Shown: positions 42,304 through 51,715 of the stretch, piece after piece
Layout: each line of letters starts with the position of its first letter
Position numbering within the stretch: position 1 is the stretch's first letter
The notes under the pieces: generated by a model
The model's database searches: none
Told to the model about the DNA's origin: nothing
The model's input: only the letters and a program-made list of their open reading frames with translations
Assembly (NCBI GenBank): GCA_044376115.1
Contig: JBILLK010000032.1
Span: 52,580-116,579 of the forward strand
DNA from: Polyangiaceae bacterium
GTDB lineage: Bacteria > Myxococcota_A > Polyangia > Polyangiales > Polyangiaceae
Direction: 5' to 3'
DNA length: 64,000 bases
Position numbers and translations under genes: made by a program

Positions 42304-43254
42304 GTGACTCGCTCGGCCTACGGCAAGCTGACCATATGCTCCCTCGCCTTCACGCTCGCCGTGATCCTTTGGGGCGCCTTCGTTCGCGTTACCGGCTCGG
42401 GAGCTGGCTGCGGTTCGCATTGGCCTACCTGCAACGGCGAGGTCGTTCCGCGTAGTTCGTCAACCGCCACGCTGATCGAGTTCACTCACCGCATCACGAG
42501 TTCGCTGGCGCTGATCTTCGTCGTGGTGGTCTTGGTGTACGCCCTTCGCCTCTTGCCCAAGGCCCATCCCGGCCGAGCGGCGGCGGCGTGGTCGCTGTTC
42601 TTCATGCTAACCGAGGCAGCGGTTGGAGCAGGGCTCGTACTCTTTGAGAAGGTCGCGCAGGACACGTCGATCGCGCGCGGCTACTGGATGAGCGCCCACC
42701 TCGCGAACACCTTCCTCCTGATCGCCAGCATGACTGCAACCACGGTGTTCGCCTACCTCGACCCGCGGCCTGAAGGCTCGGTGACTCGGCACAAAGCGCT
42801 CTTCTATGCGGGCGGCGTCGCGTTCTTCATCACGGGCATTTCAGGCGCCATTGCCGCGCTGGGAGACACGCTGTTCCCCTCGGCCACGTTCCTCGAGGGA
42901 GCCCGGCTCGATCTGGCGCCCAGCGCCCATCTCTTTCTGAGGCTGCGTGCCATTCACCCGTTCACCGCGGTCGGTAGCGCCTTACTGCTGCTGTTCATCG
43001 CTGGGCAGGTGATGCGGGAGGGCAATCAGGCTGCCGCTACCGCGGGCAAGGCGCTCGGCATGCTGGTGCTGCTGCAGGTCCTGGTCGGGCTGGTGAACCT
43101 GCTGCTCGCGGCGCCCGCCGCCATGCAGTTGCTGCACCTCTTGGTCGGGGATGGCGCTTGGATCAGCTTCGTGGTGATGGTGGTCGCAACGGCGTGGGGG
43201 CCTTTGCCCACGGCCCATTCAACGTTGCCCAAAGCCTCCCCCGCCCATAGCTGA
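42304..43254 (+). CDS. ctaA: COX15/CtaA family heme A synthase
   Basis: GAFVRVTGSGAGCGSHWPTCNG, EFTHR, three further conserved His, about 8 TM helices. Confidence 0.85.
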   Translation: MTRSAYGKLTICSLAFTLAVILWGAFVRVTGSGAGCGSHWPTCNGEVVPRSSSTATLIEFTHRITSSLALIFVVVVLVYALRLLPKAHPGRAAAAWSLFFMLTEAAVGAGLVLFEKVAQDTSIARGYWMSAHLANTFLLIASMTATTVFAYLDPRPEGSVTRHKALFYAGGVAFFITGISGAIAALGDTLFPSATFLEGARLDLAPSAHLFLRLRAIHPFTAVGSALLLLFIAGQVMREGNQAAATAGKALGMLVLLQVLVGLVNLLLAAPAAMQLLHLLVGDGAWISFVVMVVATAWGPLPTAHSTLPKASPAHS

Positions 43255-43255
43255 G

Positions 43256-44989
43256 CTACAGCAACGAGACGATGTGCTCCTTGATCGACTTGCGGGCCGT
43301 TTCATCGGGAGCAAGGCGCATGGCGCGCTCCCACGCCTCCAACGCTTTGTTCCGAAAGCCAGCTTGTTGATAGAGAATCGCCAGGTTCTTCGCGCTGCCG
43401 AAGTGCTTCGGCTGGATCTGAACGGCGTGCTCGAGCTGCTCGATCGCGTCGTAAACCTGGCCACGTTTTCCGAGCAAAAGACCAAGCTGGTAACGCAACC
43501 GATAGGCCAGCGGATCAATGCTCACGCCGCGCTGAAGTAAGTCGGTGGCTCGTTCGAGCTCACCTGCTCGGTAGGCATCGATCCCCTCTTGCAGGTAGCG
43601 CGCGGCGTCGTCGTTCGTTTGTTTTGGATCCACCTGCGAACGCGGAGCGCTCAAGCAACGTTCCACCGTCTCGATCAGCTCGGGGATCTTGAACGGCTTC
43701 TCGAGATACGCGTCCACGCCGTAGCTCACCTTCGCGTCCTCAGCGAAGCGCCAGCCGCGATACACCGCGGAGATCATCACGATCGGGATATGGCCGTAGC
43801 GGCTCGAGTTGCGGATGCGGCGCGCGATATCGAAGCCGTGCACCTCCGGCAGCATGGCGTCGAGCACCACCAGATCGGGGTTCTCGAGCTTGACCATCTG
43901 CAACGCCAAGGTGCCGCGGTCTGCCTCGACCAACTCGTAGCCGCGCGCTTCGAAGATCTTGCGCACCATCAAGCGGATCTCACGCTCGTCGTCGACGACC
44001 AGGAGCTTCTTGCGATTGTCCGCAGCGACCTTTGGCGTGGGAGCTCTGGGCAGCTCGGCGACGATGCTGAGCTCAGCGGCGACGTCTCCGAAGTCCGCCT
44101 CGTTGACCTCCTCGGTCACGACGCGCTCGAGCTTCGAATCGACGATGACGGGACGAACCGCCTCCATCGTCGAGGTCGAGGGGCGAAAGCGCGATTCGGT
44201 GTTGCTCGGTGTATCGCGGAAGAACTGTGCGCGCGGAGGATTGTTCGAAGGGCCGGTCGCGGCCGCAGGAACGACGGGCGTCGTCGGCTCATGCCGCGGT
44301 AGCGGCGGGGGCGGCTTCGGCGCGGCGGGCTTTACCGGAGCTTGCGTTGCGGCTGGAGCTTGCGTTGCGGCTGGAGCTTGCGCCCCCTGCGACGTGCGCG
44401 GTGGTGCTAGCGCGGGCATCGCGCTCTTCGCGCGGGTGGGCATCACCGCCAGCGGCTCTGGCTCCGGCGGCGGCGCAACCGCGGCTGGGTCTAGCCCGGC
44501 CTTGCGGATCACCTCGGGCGGACACGCAGGACCAACGTAATGCGAGGCCCCGCGATCACGCGCGTCATAGGCGTCGCGGATCGCGCGCAAGAGCATCGTC
44601 TCGAGCGCGATGTAAGCGAACACCCGCTTACCGGTAACGAACTCGAGCTCCTCGAGCGACTTGCGCTCTTCCGGATTGGCCATCGCCACGAAGATGCGAT
44701 CCGGCCGCTCGAGCACCGGCAACAGCTTGTGCACCAACGCGATCTCGCGCGGGATCGCCGCAAGGTCCGTGAGCTGAATGCAGATCTGCGTCAGGTCCAA
44801 CCCAGGAACACCGCGTTGCGTACTCAACGCTTTGAGCGCATCCACCTCCGACACGAGGCCCTGATCGATGAGCTGCGAAGCCAGCGGCCCAGAACCCGGT
44901 TGTTGAGACGCAAGGACGCGCTCGAGATCGCTCGCTTGGATCGACCGCTGCTCGAGAAGGATCCGCCCTAGCGCCTTCTTCTCACTCAT
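43256..44989 (-). CDS. Response regulator with N-terminal MshEN/GspE-N domain, REC domain and C-terminal TPRs
   Basis: LGRILL..LERVLASQ, IFVAMANP, LEFVTG; REC VVDDE..LDAMLP..KPF; TPR helices. Confidence 0.85.
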   Translation of the reverse strand: MSEKKALGRILLEQRSIQASDLERVLASQQPGSGPLASQLIDQGLVSEVDALKALSTQRGVPGLDLTQICIQLTDLAAIPREIALVHKLLPVLERPDRIFVAMANPEERKSLEELEFVTGKRVFAYIALETMLLRAIRDAYDARDRGASHYVGPACPPEVIRKAGLDPAAVAPPPEPEPLAVMPTRAKSAMPALAPPRTSQGAQAPAATQAPAATQAPVKPAAPKPPPPLPRHEPTTPVVPAAATGPSNNPPRAQFFRDTPSNTESRFRPSTSTMEAVRPVIVDSKLERVVTEEVNEADFGDVAAELSIVAELPRAPTPKVAADNRKKLLVVDDEREIRLMVRKIFEARGYELVEADRGTLALQMVKLENPDLVVLDAMLPEVHGFDIARRIRNSSRYGHIPIVMISAVYRGWRFAEDAKVSYGVDAYLEKPFKIPELIETVERCLSAPRSQVDPKQTNDDAARYLQEGIDAYRAGELERATDLLQRGVSIDPLAYRLRYQLGLLLGKRGQVYDAIEQLEHAVQIQPKHFGSAKNLAILYQQAGFRNKALEAWERAMRLAPDETARKSIKEHIVSLL

Positions 44990-45070
44990 CCCAACCTCAC
45001 TGAATAGCACGAGAGCAGACCGATGGAGCGTCGCCATCGCAGTTCCCAGCGCAGCGAGTAAAGAGCTCCC

Positions 45071-46204
45071 TTAGGCTCCACTCTGCTCCGCAGTGCCACT
45101 CTGACTCCAACGCTGCTCGAAGGCCTCCCAGGCCCCCCCGCGAATCGCCTCGCGAGCCTCGCGAACCAGCTGCCCGTAGAGGTGCAGATTGTGGGCCGAG
45201 AAGAGCCTGAGCACGAGGATTTCTCCGGCCAGGAAGAGATGCCGCAAGTAGCCGCGGGAGTAGCCACCCTTGCAGCAAGGGCACTCACATTCCGGATCGA
45301 GGACGCTCTTGTCCTCCTTGTAGCGGGCTTGTTTGATCACCACCCTGCCGGTCCGCGTGAGCGCCTGACCGTTGCGAGCGTTGCGTGTGGGCAATACGCA
45401 ATCGAACATGTCCACCCCCGAGCGGATCCCGATCACGAGATCGCGCGGAGTGCCGACGCCCATCAGGTAACGCGGCCGAGCAGGATCGAGGTGCGGTGCG
45501 ACCTGCGGCAACGTCTCGTGCATCTCAGCCACCGGCTCACCGACGCTGAAGCCGCCGAGCGCGAGCCCATCGAATGGCAACGCACCGAGCTCGTCGGCGT
45601 GAGCCCGCCGCAGGTCCACATGCGAGCCGCCTTGCACAATCCCAAACACGGCCTGGTCTACCCGGCGGGCGGCCAAACAACGGCGCGCCCACCGACTCGT
45701 GATCGCGCACGCCTTCTCGACCTCCTCACGCGGCGCTTTTCCGGGCGGACAGACGTCCAACTGCATCGCGATGTCCGCGCCGATCAGGCCCTGCACACGC
45801 ATCGCCTCTTCGGGCGAGAGATGGTGCTTCGAGCCATCGAGGTGGGACTGAAAGGTGAAGCCGTCTTCGGAGAACTTGCGTCGCTCGGCCAACGAAAACG
45901 CCTGATAACCGCCGGAGTCGGTCAACATCGAATGAGGCCACTTGGCGAACGAGTGCAGCCCGCCGAAGCCAGCGATGGTCTCCGCTCCAGGGCGCAACCA
46001 TAGGTGGTACGTGTTGCCGAGCACGATGCGCGCGCCGGTATCGGCCACCTCATTCGGCGTTAGCGTCTTGACCGACCCTTGCGTGCCCACCGGCATGAAG
46101 GTCGGCGTCTCCACCAAACCATGGGGGGTTTGCAGCTCACCCGTTCGGGCCAGACCGCAGCTGCTGGTTACCCGAAATGAAAATCCTGGAGTCGGCATGT
46201 TCAT
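45071..46204 (-). CDS. tgt: tRNA guanosine(34) transglycosylase
   Basis: TPTFMPVGTQG, NTYHL, TDSGGYQ, GIVQGG, YLMGVG, DMFDCVLPTRNARNG, CECPCC zinc site. Confidence 0.96.
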   Translation of the reverse strand: MNMPTPGFSFRVTSSCGLARTGELQTPHGLVETPTFMPVGTQGSVKTLTPNEVADTGARIVLGNTYHLWLRPGAETIAGFGGLHSFAKWPHSMLTDSGGYQAFSLAERRKFSEDGFTFQSHLDGSKHHLSPEEAMRVQGLIGADIAMQLDVCPPGKAPREEVEKACAITSRWARRCLAARRVDQAVFGIVQGGSHVDLRRAHADELGALPFDGLALGGFSVGEPVAEMHETLPQVAPHLDPARPRYLMGVGTPRDLVIGIRSGVDMFDCVLPTRNARNGQALTRTGRVVIKQARYKEDKSVLDPECECPCCKGGYSRGYLRHLFLAGEILVLRLFSAHNLHLYGQLVREAREAIRGGAWEAFEQRWSQSGTAEQSGA

Positions 46205-46219
46205 GACGAGGGCGCTCTA

Positions 46220-47296
46220 TCACGACTCGAAAGCGCCGCGTCGAATCGTGTTGGGCGAAAGAAACATCGCATCGCCGTACGAGAAGAAGCGATAACGCTC
46301 GCGCACTGCCGTTCGGTAGGCCTCGAGCACGCGCTCGTATCCGGCCGCTGCGCACACGAGCGCAAGCAACGTGGACTTCGGCAGGTGGAAGTTGGTGAGC
46401 AGCGCATCGACCACGCCGAAGGTGTAACCCGGTTGGATCAAGAGCCGCGTTTCGCCAGGCCCCGCCTTCACGGTACCGTCATCCAACTTGGCGCTCTCGA
46501 GCACGCGCACCGTGGTGGTACCGACAGCAACGATGGGCCGGCCCTCGTGTCGCGCCCGGGCCACCGCCTCGGCGGCTGCGCTCGAGACCTCGTACTCCTC
46601 GCGATGCATGGGGTGGTCATCGAGATCAGCGACCTTCACCGGCGCGAAGGTCCCGAGCGAGACATGCAGCGTCACGTGAGCGACCTCCACCTTGCGCGCT
46701 GCGAACAGCTCGAAGCTCCGCTCCGTCAGATGCAGACCTGCCGTTGGTGCGGCCACCGCTCCCGGTTTTGCGGCGTAGACGGTCTGGTATCGGGTCGCAT
46801 CCACCTCGCTAGCAGCCCGCTTCATGTACGGCGGGAGCGGTAGATGGCCCGCGCGGTCGAGCGCCTCGATCAGCCCGCTATCGCAGCTCAGCTCGACCTC
46901 AGCGAGTCCGCCCTCATCACGCAGGGCTACCACCTCCGCCGTGAGGCCTGGGCTTCCGTCAACGACGAGCCGCGCCCCCAAGCGCACCGGCTTGGAAGAA
47001 CCCAGCATCACCCGCCAGCGAGCCGACGTCTCACCGGCGCGGACCCGCTCGACCAAGAAGATCTCAACCTGACCGCCGGTTGGCTTGCGCCCAAAAAGCC
47101 GCGCCGGAATCACCCGCGTGTCGTTGAGCACCACCAGCGCGCGCTCCGGGACGAGCTCAGCAAACTCGGCCACCAGCCGGTGCTCGAGCCCACCGTCGGA
47201 GCGCAACACCAGCATCCGCCCACCGTCGCGGGACTCGGGAGGATGCAGAGCGATGAGCTCCTCATCGAGCTCGTAGTCGAAGTCGGAGATGAGCAC
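46220..47296 (-). CDS. queA: S-adenosylmethionine:tRNA ribosyltransferase-isomerase
   Basis: DFDYEL, NDTRVIPARL, PLPPY, YQTVYA, AAPTAGLH, VGTTTVR, TNFHLPKS, YRFFSYGDAM. Confidence 0.96.
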   Translation of the reverse strand: MLISDFDYELDEELIALHPPESRDGGRMLVLRSDGGLEHRLVAEFAELVPERALVVLNDTRVIPARLFGRKPTGGQVEIFLVERVRAGETSARWRVMLGSSKPVRLGARLVVDGSPGLTAEVVALRDEGGLAEVELSCDSGLIEALDRAGHLPLPPYMKRAASEVDATRYQTVYAAKPGAVAAPTAGLHLTERSFELFAARKVEVAHVTLHVSLGTFAPVKVADLDDHPMHREEYEVSSAAAEAVARARHEGRPIVAVGTTTVRVLESAKLDDGTVKAGPGETRLLIQPGYTFGVVDALLTNFHLPKSTLLALVCAAAGYERVLEAYRTAVRERYRFFSYGDAMFLSPNTIRRGAFES

Positions 47297-47297
47297 G

Positions 47298-48653
47298 CTA
47301 GGAGGCGGGGTACGAGATGCCGAGCCGCGTCATCTTGCGCCACAACGTGGTAACGCTGATCCCTAGGATCTCAGCCGCGCGATCGCGAGAGCCGTCGTTC
47401 TCACGCAACGCGGTTTCAATCGCTTGACGCTCTGCCGAATCCACCACGTCGGCGAGGGACTTGCCCATCGTTCCGGTGTGGACCTGCAGCGGGCCGCTGC
47501 TCGGAAGCACGTCATCCACGCTGATGAGGCCGCCGCCCGAGAGCGCCACGGCCTGCTCCACGATGTTCTCCAGCTCGCGCACGTTGCCCGGAAAATCGTA
47601 GGCCGTGAGCGCCTCGATCACGCCCTCGCCGGCGCGCGCCTTGAGCTGCATCTTGCGGTTGTACTTTTCGAGGAAATGGCCGAACAAAAGCGCCACGTCT
47701 TCACGGCGCTCGCGCAGCGGCGGCAGGACGAAGCGCGCGACGTTGAGCCGGTAGTAAAGGTCCTGGCGAAACCGCTTCTCATTCACCGCGGTCATCAAGT
47801 CCTGATTGGTCGCTGCGATGATGCGCACGTCGATGCGGATCGGCTTGTTTTCACCGACGCGGCGCACCTCATTCTCCTGGATGGCGCGCAGCAACTTGGC
47901 CTGAAAGGCGAGCGGCGTTTCGGTGATCTCGTCGAAGAAGAAGGTCCCCCCGTCGGCCTCTTCAAACAGCCCCTTGCGTGCGCTGATGGCACCGGTGAAG
48001 GAGCCGCGCGCGTGCCCGAACAGCTCGCTCTCGAGCAACGTTTCACTGATCGCTGCGCAGTTGACGGGCACGTAGGGAGCGTCCGCCCTGCGGCTGTTGG
48101 CGTGAATCGCCTTCGCCACGAGCTCTTTGCCGGTGCCGCTCTCCCCTTGGATCAACACGGTCGCATCGGTGGGGGCGACCTTGACGATGCGCCCCAACAC
48201 GTCGCGTACAGCTTGCGAGCGGCCAACGATGTTCTCGAACTTGTAGCGCTCCTTGAACTCGTGCGTCAGCAGTTGCACGTGGCCGGAGAGCCGACGCTTC
48301 TCGATCGCCCGCTGCACCTTCACCAAGAGTTCTTCCTCGGTGAAGGGCTTCTGGATGTAGTCGAACGCACCGAGACGCATGGCCTCGACCGCGCTCTCGA
48401 TCGTCCCGTAGGCGGTCATCACGATCACCTCGGCGTTGGCCTCGGCCTCTTTGACCGCCCGCAACACACCGATGCCGTCTTGCGAACCCATACGCAAATC
48501 CGTCAGCACGACGTCGAACGCGCCTTTGGCGCCGAGCTCCGCACCCTGCACGCCGTCGGCCGCTTCTTCGACCTCGAAGCCCGCCCCGCGCAGCATGAGC
48601 GCGAGCGTCGTGCGCATGTTGCGTTGATCGTCGACTACGAGCACCTTGGCCAC
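47298..48653 (-). CDS. Sigma-54-dependent (NtrC/Fis family) response regulator
   Basis: REC (VVDD, TDLRM, KPF), [35 protein letters not shown]-terminal Fis HTH. Confidence 0.95.
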   Translation of the reverse strand: MAKVLVVDDQRNMRTTLALMLRGAGFEVEEAADGVQGAELGAKGAFDVVLTDLRMGSQDGIGVLRAVKEAEANAEVIVMTAYGTIESAVEAMRLGAFDYIQKPFTEEELLVKVQRAIEKRRLSGHVQLLTHEFKERYKFENIVGRSQAVRDVLGRIVKVAPTDATVLIQGESGTGKELVAKAIHANSRRADAPYVPVNCAAISETLLESELFGHARGSFTGAISARKGLFEEADGGTFFFDEITETPLAFQAKLLRAIQENEVRRVGENKPIRIDVRIIAATNQDLMTAVNEKRFRQDLYYRLNVARFVLPPLRERREDVALLFGHFLEKYNRKMQLKARAGEGVIEALTAYDFPGNVRELENIVEQAVALSGGGLISVDDVLPSSGPLQVHTGTMGKSLADVVDSAERQAIETALRENDGSRDRAAEILGISVTTLWRKMTRLGISYPAS

Positions 48654-48727
48654 GGTTAGGCCCTCACCAGCATCAAGTTGTTCAAGCTATTTCCCCCCCG
48701 CCCTGAGCCTCACCTACCCGCCCGCGC

Positions 48728-49195
48728 TTAGACCAGCTGCTGAGCGAGGTAGTGTTTTTCACCGAGCGTCGCGATCAACCCGATTTGTGTCTCGAGCCAA
48801 TCAACGTGCGCTTCTTCTGCGGCGAGGATCTGCGCCAGCAAGTCCTCGCTCGTGCGATCCGAGTGATCCTTGCAGACCTGAATGCCGTCACGCAGCCGCT
48901 TCAGCGCCACGTGCTCCAACGCGAGATCACTCTTGAACTGCTCCGGCACCGTTTCGCCGATGTGGAGCTTGTCGAGGCGCTGCAAGTTCGGCAGGCCCTC
49001 GAGAAAGAGAATGCGGGTGATGAGCTGATCGGCGTGCCGCATCTCGTCAATGGACTCAGCACGGATCTTCTTCGCCAAATTTAAGAAGCCCCAGTTGTCG
49101 CACATACGCGAGTGCAAGAAGTACTGGTTGATAGCGACGAGCTCTCCCGCGAGAACCTCGTTCAAAACCTCGATGACCTCTTTATGACCTTTCAC
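48728..49195 (-). CDS. bfr: Bacterioferritin
   Basis: ELVAINQYFLH, ESIDEMRHAD, RILFLEGLPNLQ, EEAHVDWLE; AAAGGA RBS upstream of GTG 49195. Confidence 0.95.
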   Translation of the reverse strand: MKGHKEVIEVLNEVLAGELVAINQYFLHSRMCDNWGFLNLAKKIRAESIDEMRHADQLITRILFLEGLPNLQRLDKLHIGETVPEQFKSDLALEHVALKRLRDGIQVCKDHSDRTSEDLLAQILAAEEAHVDWLETQIGLIATLGEKHYLAQQLV

Positions 49196-49415
49196 GGACT
49201 TCCTTTCGACAGACGAACAGTTCAAGCATCGGCGGAGCGCTTTTGCACAAGCCCCGACCGCCTTTCGCCGCAGACCTGTTAGGGCCGGCCAGAGTGATCG
49301 AAAAGAGCGGTCGCGGTCAAGCACCGCCGCGCCTTCAGCGACGCAGCGTGCGAATAAGTGGTCCGCTTAGTCTCAGCGGAGCATCGAGGCTGCGGATTCC
49401 GCAGCTTGCGTCACG

Positions 49416-49685
49416 TTAGGCCGCGAGGATGGGCAGGCGACGGGGCGCCGCGCCTGCAAGCTCATCAGCGGCGCTCTCCTGCTCGGGGCAGCCCTGATCA
49501 GGACAGGCGTGCGTCATCGCCAGCTGGCGAGCTTCCGCAAGCATCTCCTCAATCTCGGGGCGGCAGGAGCCACAGCGCGTGCCGGCTCGGGTGCAAGCAC
49601 TCACCGCTTCCGTTGTTTGGGCCCCTGCAGCAATGGCCTCGCGAATCGTTCTGTCGGTCACGCCGATGCAACAACACACGAACAT
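49416..49685 (-). CDS. bfd: Bacterioferritin-associated ferredoxin ([2Fe-2S], Bfd)
   Basis: MFVCCCIGVTD...AGTRCGSC; directly upstream of bfr. Confidence 0.88.
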   Translation of the reverse strand: MFVCCCIGVTDRTIREAIAAGAQTTEAVSACTRAGTRCGSCRPEIEEMLAEARQLAMTHACPDQGCPEQESAADELAGAAPRRLPILAA

Positions 49686-49692
49686 CAGGTTG

Positions 49693-49724
49693 TTGAATAT
49701 AGCTTTCAAATTCGATCCGATCAA
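49693..49724 (-). promoter_or_regulatory. Sigma-70 promoter of bfd overlapped by a Fur-like box
   Basis: Minus strand TTGATC-17 nt-TATATT; 17-bp palindrome TTGAATATAGCTTTCAA at 49693-49709. Confidence 0.6.
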
Positions 49725-49730
49725 GCGAAC

Positions 49731-49758
49731 AAAAAAAGGGGGCGATTGCCCCCTTTTT
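49731..49758 (-). terminator. Rho-independent terminator downstream of the SDR gene
   Basis: AAAAAAAGGGGGC-GATT-GCCCCCTTTTT hairpin with T-tract on the minus strand. Confidence 0.85.
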
Positions 49759-49774
49759 CGAGCTTTCAGCTGGT

Positions 49775-50542
49775 TCAGCCCATGCCGAGGCCGCCGTCGA
49801 CGTCGATGGTGCGACCGTTGAAGTAGTCGCACTCGATGATGAAACGCACCGCGAGCCAGATGTCTTCGGGCACGCCGATGCGGCCGACGGGAATGTTCGC
49901 CACCAGGGCGTCGCGTGCCTTCTGGTTCATCCCTTGGGTCATCGGCGTCTCGATCATGCCCGGCGCGATCGCGCCGACACGGATGCCGTACTTCGCGAAC
50001 TCCAAGGACCAGGTGCGGGTGTTGGCAGCCAACGCCGACTTTGCGGCGGTGTAGTTGGACTGGCCGCGGTTGCCGTGACGAGCGATCGAGCTCATGTTCA
50101 CGACCACACCCTTCTCACCGTTCTCCACCATCGACGCGACCACGTCGCGCACCATCAAGGTCGCGCCGGTGAGGTTGACGTCGATCACGGCTTTCCATTG
50201 GTCGAGCGAGAGCTTGGTGACCTTGCCGGTCTCACGGTCGACTCGAACCAGCAGGCCATCGCGCAGGATGCCAGCGTTGTTGATCAGGCCGTTCAACCCA
50301 CCCATGCTCTGGCGCGCGCTCTCCACAAACGCGCCGATATCGGCTTCGCTCCCAACGTCGAGCCGCCGCGTGAAGACCTTGCCCGGCAGCGAGCTGCACT
50401 CCTCTACGAGCTTGGCCAGGCCCTCTTCGTTCACGTCACCAGCAGCGACGGAGCCGCCGGCCTCGACGATGCGCCGAGCGAAATGAAAGCCCAAACCTTG
50501 GGCTGCCCCAGTGACGATAATCTTCGATTGTTCGAGTCGCAT
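49775..50542 (-). CDS. SDR family oxidoreductase (3-oxoacyl-ACP reductase-like)
   Basis: TGAAQGLG, NNAGILRD, YTAAK catalytic motif, DVDGG. Confidence 0.92.
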   Translation of the reverse strand: MRLEQSKIIVTGAAQGLGFHFARRIVEAGGSVAAGDVNEEGLAKLVEECSSLPGKVFTRRLDVGSEADIGAFVESARQSMGGLNGLINNAGILRDGLLVRVDRETGKVTKLSLDQWKAVIDVNLTGATLMVRDVVASMVENGEKGVVVNMSSIARHGNRGQSNYTAAKSALAANTRTWSLEFAKYGIRVGAIAPGMIETPMTQGMNQKARDALVANIPVGRIGVPEDIWLAVRFIIECDYFNGRTIDVDGGLGMG

Positions 50543-50608
50543 GAAGTTCTCCTCGCGAGACTCGGTCTTTGGGGCAAAGCGCGGCGCGCGGCAATCCCGG
50601 ATATGCGG

Positions 50609-51415
50609 CTAGCGGTGGTTGCGCAGCCGCTCCGCGAGCGTTGCCATCGCCTGTGCGTGCAGCCGACTGGCCCAACTCTTCGACACACCGAGGCTCTCGG
50701 CGATCTCGTCGAAGCGCTCTCCGCCAAAGTAGTGCCGTTCGACGATGGCGCGCTGCCGCGGCGGCAATAGGCCCACGGCCAGCTTGGCGTCCCGCGAGAA
50801 AGCGGCCTTCGCCAGCTCTTCCTCGGGCGTTGTCGCGAGCCCGTCCCAGCGCTCGCAACCATCGGTCGCGCCCTCGATCGCAGAGCCTGCTGGCTCGAGA
50901 CCCTTCGGTTTGGCGGTGAAGGCGAGCGCCATGGCGGCGGCCTCGGCCATCAGCTGTCTGCGCAGGTTGCTCGCGTGGGTCGACTCCGGCTGCGCGCTAT
51001 CCACCGGCTCGTTCGCCATCGCCTCGCGAACGCGTTCGGCCACCCGCAGCGCGTGAGCGCGACGAGCTGCCCGGTTATCGCCGAGCTTGCGCACGGCGTT
51101 GAACATGGCCCAGCGGATCTTACGTCGGGCGAAATGCGCAAACGAGCCGCGCGAAGGGTCAAAACTGCGAGCTGCATCGAGCAGCGCGAGCTGGCCCGCG
51201 CTGACGAGCTCGTCTCGGTCCACCGTGATTCCGACTTGGAGCTGAACGCCCCGCGCGATAGCGCCGATATGAGGCAGGCCTTCCTCGACCAGCGCCCGCA
51301 CCTCGCGTTCATCACGCGCAGGCGCTAGCGCGCTCTGAAAGAACGGCGGCTCATCCTCTGGAGAGTCGAGCTCCGTCGCGAGATCGGAGAGCTCCACCGC
51401 TTCGTCCCCGCCCAT
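50609..51415 (-). CDS. Sigma-70 family RNA polymerase sigma factor (FliA/WhiG-like, regions 2 and 4)
   Basis: DELVSAGQLALLDAARSFDPSRG.F..FA...IR.AM; LPPRQR.IV..HY......EIA..LGVSKSWASRLH. Confidence 0.85.
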   Translation of the reverse strand: MGGDEAVELSDLATELDSPEDEPPFFQSALAPARDEREVRALVEEGLPHIGAIARGVQLQVGITVDRDELVSAGQLALLDAARSFDPSRGSFAHFARRKIRWAMFNAVRKLGDNRAARRAHALRVAERVREAMANEPVDSAQPESTHASNLRRQLMAEAAAMALAFTAKPKGLEPAGSAIEGATDGCERWDGLATTPEEELAKAAFSRDAKLAVGLLPPRQRAIVERHYFGGERFDEIAESLGVSKSWASRLHAQAMATLAERLRNHR

Positions 51416-51687
51416 CAGGAGATCTTTTGAAGAACCGGGCGGAAGCGCAAGATCTCACCGCTCTCGTCGACCGAACGCGGGGTCGCGGCGCGCACCAACT
51501 CGGCACGACGAGCCTCGAGCACGCCGCGCAGCAGCGACTCGCGCATGACCTCGAGGTCTTCATCCGAGAGCGAGGCCGCAAATTGCGACACCACGATCTC
51601 CACCTCACGCGCGACGAACGCGCGCTCTTCGTCGCTCAGCAGGAGCTCCTCCTCTAGCCAAACCGCTTCGCTCGTACTTCGCGACAT
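51415..51687 (-). CDS. Small hypothetical protein translationally coupled to the sigma factor
   Basis: 90-aa acidic helical ORF whose TGA overlaps the sigma ATG at 51415. Confidence 0.65.
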   Translation of the reverse strand: MSRSTSEAVWLEEELLLSDEERAFVAREVEIVVSQFAASLSDEDLEVMRESLLRGVLEARRAELVRAATPRSVDESGEILRFRPVLQKIS

Positions 51688-51715
51688 CCCGCTAGGATAA
51701 CGCGGCCCGCGCGGG

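Noticed and set aside
44336..44382. 18-bp tandem repeat
   Set aside because: Encodes QAPAAT in a Pro/Ala linker; ordinary low-complexity expansion
47995..48003. GSFTGA instead of GAFTGA as a sign of an inactive sigma-54 activator
   Set aside because: GSFTGA is a known natural variant and the other AAA+ motifs are intact
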